From positions 1 through 64,000 of the forward strand of contig NIVC01001159.1 in the NCBI GenBank assembly GCA_002269645.1: DNA of 64,000 nucleotides, in the 5' to 3' direction. The stretch's first letter is position 1. Each line of letters opens with the position of its first letter. Both the position numbers and the translations under genes were made by a program. Source of the DNA: Macrostomum lignano. Its lineage: Eukaryota. The notes under the pieces are model-generated. The model worked only from the letters and a program-made list of their open reading frames with translations. It was not told the DNA's origin and searched no databases. Shown here one piece after another: positions 43,243 to 55,100 of this stretch.

Positions 43243-43375
43243 GCCGCTGTACACTCCTGTGTGATTTTGTGCCTGTGTGTGTGCCTGCTCAGAGGCGTCG
43301 GCGGAGTGGGCAGTAATGGCTCTCGCCGGTTAAAGTGTGACAATTTGTCGCTTAAAGTGCGCCAGGGAGCCCCTG
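43243..43375 (+). repeat. Dispersed repeat family, copy 2
   Basis: GTGCCTGCTCAG..GTCGGCGGA.TGGGCAGTAATG.CTCTCGCCGGTT..GTCGCTTAAAGTGCGCCAGG. Confidence 0.75.
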
Positions 43376-45019
43376 CCTCTTTATCTAAAAAAGTCAATGG
43401 CCAGCCCTTAGCTGCGAAAACTTCAGCGAAAGCAGATTTCGAGACCAATTGGCTGTCATTTCAACGGGTGCGCGGTGCACTAATCTGGGCGGAAAGACAA
43501 GAAATACAAAGGAGAAAAACTTAAGAGACAAAAAAGGGCTCACGAGAAGCAGAACTCCTGTTTGCAAAGGAATTGCACTATTACAACTCAACAAACTGCT
43601 TATTGACTGCAGGCAGGCGCGGGGAGAAGGAAGCCAGAAGGCGACTCAAAGAGAGGAGGCTGCGATTTTGGGGTGGGCGGTCGCAGTATTCGCTGCAAGT
43701 TTCCCCTATAAATGCAATCATTTTGCTGCATCAGCTGCTGCCCCGCCTAAGTCGCACCTGGGCCTGCACTGCAGCCTCCCCACCTACCCGACTGAGGTGA
43801 CTGAGGAATCTGGCGAGAGAGAGGGACGCAGGGAGAGAGAGAGAGACGGCAAGAGAAACCGTTGCCATGGAGACGTGTATTTGGCAAACACACGCGAGAC
43901 TGGATTATTGTACATGTATATTTAACGGGCAGGCGGGGGGTGGCAGCTGGGATGGCCTAAAAGTCTAAACTGCTTTTTGAACATGCCGGGTGGGCAGCGG
44001 GACCTGCCTATTCTGTGAGGGAAAGTTGTTTCAGAGAAAAAGATTTCCGGACCAGCCTGTTTACTGCGATGTGGGAAGAAACTTACGCAAAAAATATTTA
44101 TCGGCGTCTGAAGCAAGGAGTGACTTTGCCGCGGCAGTAATTCACCTGTGTGACGGCTGCTCTTCAGCAGTGTGTAGCTGCCTCAGTCTACGGTTGACTG
44201 CCCTGCGGACGGCTGAGAGAGTTTTATTGAAAACAGAGTCACCCCAGGGACTGTCAGCCTGTCAAACTGTCAAACTGTCAAAGTGTCCGCCGGTCGCAGT
44301 CGGAGCCCCCGGAGCAGCGGCTGGGCTTTCATAGGCTTCGGCGACGCACGATTTGCGAGGCCTGGGGTGGGGGGACCGCTGCCAGGACTGGCTCTGGGCG
44401 GTGTCCAACCCCAGGCCTCGAATTCAACAACAGCCGACCGACCCTGCCTCAGCTGCATTTGCTCAGAGGGCGTCCTGCAGTCCCCCCCACAGTTCTCCCT
44501 CACCCCATGGGAGCGGACAGAATGGCCGAGAGAAGGGCGGCGGACCTGGAGGGGTGGCGAAGGCGAAACGGGGGAATTGTGTCGCAGCTCGCGTCAAAAG
44601 GAAAATAAGGAGATGAGGGAGAGCCGGGAGCAGGCTGATGGTGATGATAGCAGCATAGAAGAGCAGATTCTCTTCAGTAAAAAATCCACTGAGCTGTCTT
44701 GAACCGCGTGTGCTCTGCTCCAGCTCTCCCTTTCCCTGCTGTCTTTCTTGCCTTTTCAAACTGAAACAGCAGAAGAAATCAATTCATCAAAGAAAGCCAC
44801 CGAACGGACGGCAGCTGCGCCGCAATGATGGGGCAGCGGGCAGATCTCAGGCTAGGAATATTGCAGAAATTCTCTTTGCGATGCCAGATTCGCGTCTGAT
44901 TGCGCCTTGGGATTCGATTTTGGAAAATAATTATAATTTTCAACTACATTAAATATTCCTTGGAATTTTGAGCATCTACATTTTGATGACCAATTTGATA
45001 AGTTTCAATCATATTGCCG

Positions 45020-45780
45020 CCTCAATCACCCTCCACTGCTTCCCTCTATCCCCTCCGCAATCACCCTCCACTGCTGCCCTCTCTCCCCTCCTCAATCACC
45101 CTCCACTGCTGCCCTCTCTCCCCTCCGCAATCACCCTCCACTGCTGCCCTCTCTCCCCTCCGCAATCAACCTCCACTGCTGCCCTCTCTCCCCTCCTCAA
45201 CCACCCTCCACTGCTGCCCTCTCTCCCCTCCTCAACCACCCTCCACTGCTGCCCTCTCTCCCCTCCTCAACCACCCTCCACTGCTGCCCTCTCTCCCCTC
45301 CTCAACCACCCTCCACTGCTGCCCTCTCTCCCCTCCTCAACCACCCTCCACTGCTGCCCTCTCTCCCCTCCTCAACCACCCTCCACTGCTGCCCTCTCTC
45401 CCCTCCTCAACCACCCTCCACTGCTGCCCTCTCTCCCCTCCTCAACCACCCTCCACTGCTGCCCTCTCTCCCCTCCGCAATCAACCTCCACTGCTGCCCT
45501 CTCTCCCCTCCTCAACCACCCTCCACTGCTGCCCTCTCTCCCCTCCTCAACCACCCTCCACTGCTGCTCTCTCTCCCCTCCGCAATCACCCTCCACTGCT
45601 GCCCTCTCTCCCCTCCTCAACCACCCTCCACTGCTGCCCTCTCTCCCCTCCTCAACCACCCTCCACTGCTGCCCTCTCTCCCCTCCTCAACCACCCTCCA
45701 CTGCTGCCCTCTCTCCCCTCCTCAACCACCCTCCACTGCTGCCCTCTCTCCCCTCCTCAATCACCCTCCACTGCTGCCCT
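45020..45780. repeat. 35-bp C-rich minisatellite, about 22 copies
   Basis: CCCTCCACTGCTGCCCTCTCTCCCCTCCTCAACCA. Confidence 0.9.
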
Positions 45781-46337
45781 AGCAGTGATTACGGTGTGGT
45801 CACTCCTTCTCAAGCACCGTATCCTTAATCTCCAATACGAAGCTAGCACCTTGAGCATAAACAGCCAGGATCCCGATGCAGAGCGACCCGTTCCCAAGGA
45901 TTAAAATTGTTTGGATGAATAGTGAGGGAACTCGGCAAGCTGCTCCTAGAGACACACGAGTGCCCGCTCGAAACCCAGCACAAGGAAGGAAGCAGGATGC
46001 AAGGGGCAGGAGTCCAGCATAACGAAGGCCTTGCAGCTCGGGTTCTCACACAGCTTGAGTCCACGCGCTTCAATCCCCCACCCCCCTCCCCCCAAGGGTC
46101 ACCCAGCTTGCCATATTTGCAAGTGAGTGATTTTCTACTTTTTTCAGCGTCAGTGCATGCAGGAGTCGCAGATTCGAGTTCCGGACTGACGCTCTGAGGC
46201 TGCAATCCCCTGAATATAATATTGCATACTCACTCCTTGTGATTAGTTTCATATTAAAAATAAAAGTTTTTCGCGCACCTTTGTTAATTAAGAGTCAGCA
46301 GACATCGGTGGCCGAGCCTTGATCCCGGCCGTATGCT

Positions 46338-46388
<51 letters not shown>

Positions 46389-47786
46389 TGGACAGGCCGG
46401 ACACTGTGGAGGATGCTGAGAGCCGGGGGAGATGGGGCACGTTCCCGCTAACTAATTAGGCAGGTAGGCTGGCAGGCAGGCAGTGTGTAAAAAGCAGCCG
46501 AGGACTGAGCAGGAAGCCAGAAGGGAGCTGGTCGGGGAAAGTTTGCCTGAAGGCAGCTGCGCTGAGCAGGGGACTCCGGAGCAGGGGCAGGGGGTGAGCA
46601 GCAGCTGACCAGCTTGAATCCTGCCGCGGGTACTTCGGGGAATGAAAGCATTGCAAAAAGGCAGGCTAAGAAAAAGTATACTGCCTGCTGCATAGAAAAC
46701 AAGTTGAATTTATTCTCTGCGAATTCGACAAAGTGGTTGAATTTCAGTGTGTGAAGCTCAACACGTCCTTCTTTGATCGACAACCGTCAAAAAATGCGCA
46801 GGGCATAAGCGGGTAGATTAAGTCATTAACGGGAGGGGTTGGGTGCAGATAAGAAAAGGAGGGGTGGGGTGCCCGACAGAGGAAAGAGGCAAGAGCCAAC
46901 AGCCAATCAGAAGGCAGCGAGGGAGAGAGATAAGATTTACTGGGTTGAACTGGACAGAGAGAGAGAGAGAAAACAGAGACGAGTGCAGATGAACTGAAGG
47001 ACTGACTAAGAAATCCGCGACAGCGATATGTGAGCTGCAGCTTTGCTCTCCAATATCCATAAATTTAAATTTGTACTTTTTTCAAATAATCGCTTATGCA
47101 TGCACAGAGGCAGCTAATTGTGCAGGTATCCGGGCTTATAAATCTTTTCGCTGAGCATAGCAACTCGGTCCTGCAGGGCTCTACAGATATAGCTAGATTC
47201 CCCCAGACCGGTAAACCAGTAGCTATATACCGTGCTGTCTTCAATAATTAATGAGCACACGAGTAGCGAGGACTAAAAGCAGGGTTGGCTACATTAGCTA
47301 TGGAGAACTGCATGTCTGTCCCACCTGAGGACTGCGTGCAGTAAAAGAGGGGGAACCGGACAGCAGGTGAGATAAAGAATGCGATGCGGCTTCAGTAGTT
47401 ATACGGGGGGAGATCGGAGGCGGGAGCCTGGCTCGCGCCCCTCTGACTCTGTTCTCAACGCTCCTTCGTTCGTAAATATTTTCTTCTTCAACTGGAATAT
47501 TTCAATATAACGGATTCGACAGCCTTTGTTCCCGTGAATCCCGATCATCATGTGGCAAAGCACGATCCTTTGATGAAGATTTCTAATCAAAGGTCAGCGA
47601 GTAGTTATTTGGGGTGTATATGAAATTTCAAGACTCGAATGCCCTTTCCCAACTTTTTTATACGATGCCAGCGCTTTTGGGGAAAGGTCAATTTAACTGT
47701 TTACTTGTACAGTTACATACCCACAATACAATGTAATTTATTTATTTAACTGCGTATGTCCAAGGCCGTCTTGTCCATGTCCATGT

Positions 47787-48863
47787 CCAAAATGAGTGCC
47801 TGCAGTGCCAAAATGAGTGCCTGCAGTGCCAAAATGAGTGCCTGCAGTGCCAAAATGAGTGCCTGCAGTGCCAAAATGAGTGCCTGCAGTGCCAAAATGA
47901 GTGCCTGCAGTGCCAAAATGAGTGCCTGCAGTGCCAAAATGAGTGCCTGCAGTGCCAAAATGAGTGCCTGCGGCGCTAAAATGAGTGCCTGCAGTGCCAA
48001 AATGAGTGCCTGCAGTGCCAAAATGAGTGCCTGCGGCGCTAAAATGAGTGCCTGCGGCGCTAAAATGAGTGTATGCGGCGCTAAAATAAGTGCCTGTGGC
48101 GCTAAAATGAGTGCCTGCGGCGCTAAAATGAGTGTCTGCGGCGCTAAAATGAGTGTCTGCGGCGCTAAAATGAGTGCCTGCGGTGCTAAAATGAGTGCCT
48201 GCGGCGCTAAAATGAGTGCCTGCGGCGCTAAAATGAGTGTCTGCGGCGCTAAAATGAGTGTCTGCGGCGCTAAAATGAGTGTCTGCGGCGCTAAAATGAG
48301 TGTCTGAGGCGCCAAAATGAGTACCTGCGGCGCTAAAATGAGTGTATGCGGCGCTAAAATGAGTGTATGCGGCGCTAAAATGAGTGTCTGCGGCGCTAAA
48401 ATAAGTGTCTGCGGCGCTAAAATGAGTGTCTGAGGCGCCAAAATGAGTACCTGCGGCGCTAAAATGAGTGTATGCGGCGCTAAAATGAGTGTATGCGGCG
48501 CTAAAATGAGTGTCTGCGGCGCTAAAATGAGTGTCTGCGGCGCTAAAATGAATACCTGCGGCGCTAAAATGAGTGCCTGCGGCGCCAAAATGAGTGTCTG
48601 AGGCGCTAAAATGAGTACCTGCGGCGCTAAAATGAGTGTCTGAGGCGCCAGAATGAATACCTGCGGCGCTAAAATGAGTGCCTGCGGCGCCAAAATGAGT
48701 GTCTGAGGCGCTAAAATGAGTACCTGCGGCGCTAAAATGAGTGTCTGAGGCGCCAGAATGAATACCTGCGGCGCTAAAATGAGTGTATGCGGCGCTAAAT
48801 TTAGAGTACCTGCAAAATGAGTGCCTGCGGCGCTAAAATGAGTGCCTGCGGCGCTAAAATGAG
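47787..48863 (-). repeat. 21-bp tandem array of the same family as the MITE array, about 51 copies, without the MITE flanks
   Basis: (AAAATGAGTGCCTGCGGCGCT)n on the + strand. Confidence 0.9.
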
Positions 48864-49550
48864 TCCGTCTATCTATGCATGTCTCAGTGCTTGGTCTGTC
48901 TGTCTCTGCCGATCCACAGTGAAAATCTCACGCAGTTGAATCGCTCGCAGTTGGGATAAGCGACAATTCATTAACAATTTGCTGAATCGGCCAGAGTTTG
49001 CGGCTGAAATCTGGGACAATCCAACAGCAGATACAAGCCAGAATAGTGCACTCGCTAATAAAAAGGAATAATCCGATATAGAGGGGATCTCGCGTGGCCG
49101 GACAGGAGCTCTCAGCCCCTCTCCGTCCCCCAGGGGGAATTTCCTGGACCAAGGAACGAACTGTGGCCACGCAGGCAGACAGCCACTCAATCGGGCCATG
49201 ATGAACATCTCAGCCTGCAGGCCGTCGCATCCGATTGTCCTCAATCACGGACCGATAGACAGCTCGGTCTGGGCAGCCACTCAGCGGCCCAGAGCAGTGC
49301 AGCAATAATTGCCTATGGAAATGAATATGCCTAGAGAGATAGATTTTTTAATAGCTGGCTCGAGGCAAGGCAATCCTGGGCTGAGCAGTCGGCCTCGGAG
49401 ATAAAGACAGAATTCGACTGCAATTAAGCGAATGCCGAATCGCCTTGTCGCTTTGTGTGTGTGCGTCACTGCATGTAAGAATCGATGCTAGTGTTCCTTT
49501 TACTAAATTACTGAACTTTTGCATGTAAGATATCCATGAATAATGGTAAA

Positions 49551-50035
49551 ATGAAGAATCAGCAGTCCCTGAATGCAGAGCGGATTGAAGAATCAGCAGT
49601 CCCTGAATGCAGAGCGGAATAAAGAATCAGCAGTCCCTGAATGCAGAGCGGAATGAAGAATCAGCAGTCCCTGAATGCAGAGCGGAATGAAGGATCAGCA
49701 GTCCCTGAATGCAGAGCGGAATGAAGAATCAGCAGTCCCTGAATGCAGAGCAGAATGAAGAATCAGCAGTCCCTGAATGCAGAGCAGAATGAAGAATCAG
49801 CAGTCCCTGAATGCAGAGCAGAATGAAGAATCAGCAGTCCCTGAATGCAGAGCAGAATGGACAATCAGCAGTCCCTGAATGCAGAGCGGAATGAAGAATC
49901 AGCAGTCCCTGAATGCAGAGCAGAATGGACAATCAGTAGTCCCTGAATGCAGAGCAGAATGGACAATCAGCAGTCCCTGAATGCAGAGCAGAATGAAGAA
50001 TCAGCAGTCCCTGAATGCAGAGCGGAATGAAGAGG
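49551..50035. repeat. 34-bp minisatellite, about 14 copies
   Basis: GAAGAATCAGCAGTCCCTGAATGCAGAGCGGAAT. Confidence 0.9.
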
Positions 50036-50870
50036 CCGTCCACCTGAGCCAGGAAAACAATCCAAGCAACAGGATGAAGTGCTGAAATGTAATTTCTCCA
50101 GTCCCGTATTGAAGCTGAGGCCAATATTACAGTTTTAGCGACAGCAAGCAGCCCATGGGGCGGTCATTTCGGGGCCTGAAAGCGGCAACAACAGCCCAAA
50201 TTAGAACGCGGAAGAGCGATATTCCAGCGCCCAGATGCATATAGCAGTGCCAGGCCCCGCAGCTGAACACTTTAATAAACAGATCGGAATTCATACGCAC
50301 GCTAATCAGACAAACTGGGGACAACATGGGCATAAAAATAAACTGACTCGGCTTTTAATTGCCAAGCGAGACACTGCAGCAAGCCGTATCTTGCAGCCAA
50401 AGACAATTTTGGCTAATTGGCTGAAAAGCCAATAAAAGGGCCACTTTGAAGTTCCATTTAGCTTCGCAGTCGCTTAAAATTCGAATCCCCCACTTCTGTG
50501 ACAAATATAAGGATGGGAATAGAAAAATGAAAACAAAAAGCAGAATTTCAGCATCGTCATTTACAAAACTTGAAATAAATTGAATTATTATTAATGCAAC
50601 AATACACAAGATATTACAAAATGATAAGCGATTTTTTACAGAGCAGATAGAAAAATAACAGAAAAAGCACCTTATACTACTGCAAGGCAGCAGATAGCAG
50701 TGATTAGTTAGTAGAAAAATGCTGGACATAAAAAATAAAGTTGTATATAATGCATTACCGAGTTTATAAATGTTAGAAAAAATTATTAATCCCATAAACA
50801 AAAATAAAGAAAAAATACTACTGACTTGGTTTTGAAATGTTAGTAGTGCAGACAGCGACTCGACATCCCG

Positions 50871-50982
50871 TCAGACATTTATCTCATCGAAAAACTCTTG
50901 ACAAGCGGCATAGGCTCCGGTGAGGAAAAACGTTCGGTCCTGGTTAATCCTCTCTGCCAACCGGGACTGCAGAGCCTGGCAA
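50871..50982 (-). CDS. KNL1: KNL1-like exon 11 (terminal)
   Basis: ttccag | [36 protein letters not shown]. Confidence 0.65.
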
Positions 50983-51446
50983 CTGGAATTAATGACAATT
51001 ATGATTTATTATTATGTTGTTGAAAATATTATGATCTACCATTAGAACTATGATCAATCATGAGTCACAATGACCCAGTGACTGGTTACAGCATGGTGCT
51101 CAATCATGAGTCACCATGACCCAGTGACTGGTTACAGCATGGTGCTCAATCATGAGTCACCATGACCCAAGCCGCACAGCAACTCACTCCACCAAGTCGA
51201 ACAGTCCTCCGACAGCCCACTGGGTGACGGCCACGCTAAAATCCTTGTGATGAGACTCCTCGGTTGCGAGGCCGGCAGAGTCCGAACCGGAGGCGGAGAA
51301 AAACCGATTGAAGTCTGGCAGGGAGATTCGAACCGACACGCGCCGGAGGGCTGCGGCAGCTCCAGTGCGGCTCATTGCCACGAATGACAGGCTGGCGGAG
51401 TGAGTGGGATTCTCTGGCGCTGAATGGCATTCCGGGTGTCTGCATT

Positions 51447-51477
<31 letters not shown>

Positions 51478-51538
51478 GTGTCTTCGTCTTTTGTGACTGT
51501 CTTTCTGTCTGTCTATCTGTGTCTTCGTCTGTTGTGAC

Positions 51539-51573
<35 letters not shown>

Positions 51574-51769
51574 GTCTTCGTCTGTTGTGACTGTCTGTCT
51601 GTCTGTCTGTCTGTCTATCTGTGTCTTCGTCTGTTGTGACTGTCTGTCTGTCTGTCTGTCTGTGTCTTCGTCTGTTGTGACTGTCTGTCTGTCTGTCCGT
51701 CTGTCTGTCTGTCTATCTGTCTTCGTCTGTTGTGACTGTCTGTCTGTCTGTGTCTTCGTCTGTTGTGAC

Positions 51770-51806
<37 letters not shown>

Positions 51807-51843
51807 GTGTCTTCGTCTGTTGTGACTGTCTGTCTGTCTGTCC

Positions 51844-51885
<42 letters not shown>

Positions 51886-52022
51886 GTCTCCGTCTGTTGT
51901 GACTATCTGTCTGTCTGTTTGCCTGCCTGTCTTGTCCGTCCGTATCGAACGAGCTTGGAGACCGTTGAGAGTTTCGATTTGCTTTCTGTCGTTGTCGCAT
52001 CGAGGCTGCAGCAGCTGATCAC

Positions 52023-52103
<81 letters not shown>

Positions 52104-55100
52104 ACTATCTATCTATCCATCCATCTATCTATATATCTATCTAACTATCTATCATTGTTTAGTCCTGCTTTAAAGCCTGTGCTCTAAGATTACGAACTTA
52201 CAGACCAGTACAAGTCACAGATACTACAATAATAAGATAGGCCACTCAGGCAATTAAAACAGCTGTCAACTTTCAGTTCACTAGCAAATAAGAATACATC
52301 AGCTATTTTATATAAAAGGCAATATAGCTCGTAATAAGAATTGGGGCGTGGCGGGTTGTGTGAAAAGGCGAGTTTGGAGGGTTTAGACTGGAGGGTTAGA
52401 GCCAATAAATGAGCCTTGACTATAAAAATATATTAAATACTTCTGTTTAACTTACTACTCAACTGAAAGTAGCTTACACGCAAATAAGATGAGCGGCCCA
52501 TCCAGTTATTCCAGTATCTGTGGTACAAGCTAGCATTTTCTGTGGAATATGAAAACAACCGAGTGTGCTTACAACTACTACAGACAATAATTCAGAACTC
52601 ACTCAACCGCGGTCTCGTCGAGACATTGCAGCTTGGCCAGGCAGCAGGCCTGAGTCTGCCTGAGTCGCAGAAACTCCAAAAGCAACAGAAAAGCCGGCTT
52701 AACAAGGCTGTAGGCCCGCTGCAGTGTGAGGTATCAATGGATAGTAGATGTGGGGTTTAAAAATGTGACAAGACAGTTATTACTCAAATACAAAATATCT
52801 AATAACAGTTATTACCCGTTCAAACTCGGACAGCGGCATATTGGGGCAGCAGTAGCCAAGGGAGTCCGTGACAAACTTTGCTGTGGACTTGAACAGCGGC
52901 ACCAGCTGAGCGTACGGCCCCGTGCATCCGCCTGCGGTAGGGCGGTTTTTCAAGTCATCAATTATCTGCGTGCTCCCTTATTATAGAATAGAAGAATTCT
53001 AATTTTCACCACATTTTATCACATTCATCCGCCCTATAATATCACCTTTATCTGCCCCCTAGAATCACCTTCATCCGCCCTCTAATCACCTTCATTTGAC
53101 CTCCAATCACCTTCATCCGCCCTTTTATCATCTACAACATCACCTTCATTCCCCATCCCCAAATAACCTTCATCCTCCCTCTTATCACCTGTATCCGCTC
53201 TCTAATCACCTTCATCCGCCCTCTAATCCCCTTCATCCGCTCTCTAATCACCTTCCTCTAAAATCGCTGCCATCCGCCCTCTAGAATCGCTGCCATCCGC
53301 CCTCTAAAATCACTGCCATCCGCCCTCTAGAATCGCTGCAGAATCGCTGCCATCCGCCCTCTAGAATCGCTGCCATCCGCCCTCTAGAATCGCTGCCATC
53401 CGCCCTCTAGAATCGCTGCAGAATCGCTGCCATCCGCCCGGCAGAATCGCTGCCATCCACCCTCTAGAATCGCTGCAGAATCGCTGCCATCCGCCCGGCA
53501 GAATCGCTGCCATGCAATCCTCACCTTCCCACACGGAGCAGGAGAAGGTCTGCAGTCGAAGTTCATCAGCAGATTCCAGATTCCCACCGTGAACCTGACT
53601 GCGGTTGGCACCTGTAGCATCTTCATCCTGCCTGTTAGGTGTCTGTCCATCACCGTCATCAGTCTCCATTGGCTGCAGCAGTTTGCAGTGAACCAGCAAT
53701 CGGCTGTGCAGGTATTTCAGAGTCACACGCGGCGGAGACTCAGTCACAGCGTACTGGACTGTGTAGAAGCTGTTGGGTGTTGGCGTTGGCTATTGGTATG
53801 GGTTGATTGGCAAATGCATGAGGTAACAAAAGTGCATCTAGCTCGTACAGAGGCCAACAGGTGAGCAGTGACAGAAGCCTAAAATCACAGGTGAGCAGTG
53901 ACAGAAGCCTAAAATCACAGGTGAGCAGTGACAGAAGCCTAAAATCACAGGTGAGCAGTGACAGAAGACTAAAATCACAGGTGAGCAGTGACAGAAGACT
54001 AAAATCACAGGTGAGAATTGACAGATGCCTAAAATCACAGGTGAGAATTTACAGATGCCTAAAATCACAGGTGAGAATTGACAGATGCCTAAAATCACAG
54101 GTGAGAATTTACAGATGCCTAAAATCACAGGTGAGAATTGACAGATGCCTAAAATCACAGGTGAGCAGTGACAGAAGCCTAAAATCACAGGTGAGCAGTG
54201 ACAGAAGACTAAAATCACAGGTGAGCAGTGACAGAAGCCTAAAATCACAGGTGAGAATTGACAGGTGAGCAGTGACAGAAGACTAAAATCACAGGTGAGC
54301 AGTGACAGAAGACTAAAATCACAGGTGAGCAGTGACAGAAGACTAAAATCACAGGTGAGAATTGACAGATGCCTAAAATCACAGGTGAGCAGTGACAGAT
54401 GCCTAAAATCACAGGTGAGCAGTGAAAGAAGCCTAAAATCACAGGTGAGCAGTGACAGAAGCCTAAAATCACAGGTGAGCAGTGACAGAAGCCTAAAATC
54501 ACAGGTGAGCATTAGGTAGGCAGAGGCGCCCAAACTTACGCGCAGTGAGTCAGGAAACTGAAATCAATCCTGGAAGAAGCGGATTCGGCAACAAAGGAAT
54601 CAGCAGCGGCGGTGCAGCAGGACGAGTCCAGACGCTGGCGCCGGCCTGGCTGGTGCAGAGACTGCTCAACCATGGCCTCAGCTTGAGCAGAGTACAGAGC
54701 GGCAGCTATGAGGCACTTGCTCTTGTCCATGAGGCACTGTCGCATGCGGCGGCGTACTGAAATATTTTTTTAGTATATGTACATCAATAAATATTCGGTA
54801 TGCGAGGCCGTAGCCCAAGAGCGCCAACTCCCAAGGCACAGTGTAGTGTGCATGCCGAACGATAAATCAAGTCAAGGGGCCGCTGTACACTCCCGTGTGA
54901 GTGTGTGCCTGTGCGTATGACTGCGTACGTATCCGCGCGCTGATTCTATAACTCGAGCGACTCTGGCACGCCTCAGGCAATAAAACATATCTAAAAATTC
55001 TCATTACTCACAGTTAACTAATCGCTGCTTCCTTTGAGTTCTCGGATCGAGGTACCGAGCTCGAACCCCGACTAGAATCTGCTTCATCAGCTTGTCGGCA

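Noticed and set aside
42600-47700. Short ORFs between RasGRF and the KNL1-like gene
   Set aside because: No recognisable domains or consistent exon chain; more likely regulatory or 5' non-coding sequence.
51940-52012. Possible extra KNL1-like exon ([12 protein letters not shown]...)
   Set aside because: It has an acceptor-like CAG but no phase-compatible donor; exon 9 joins exon 10 directly in frame.
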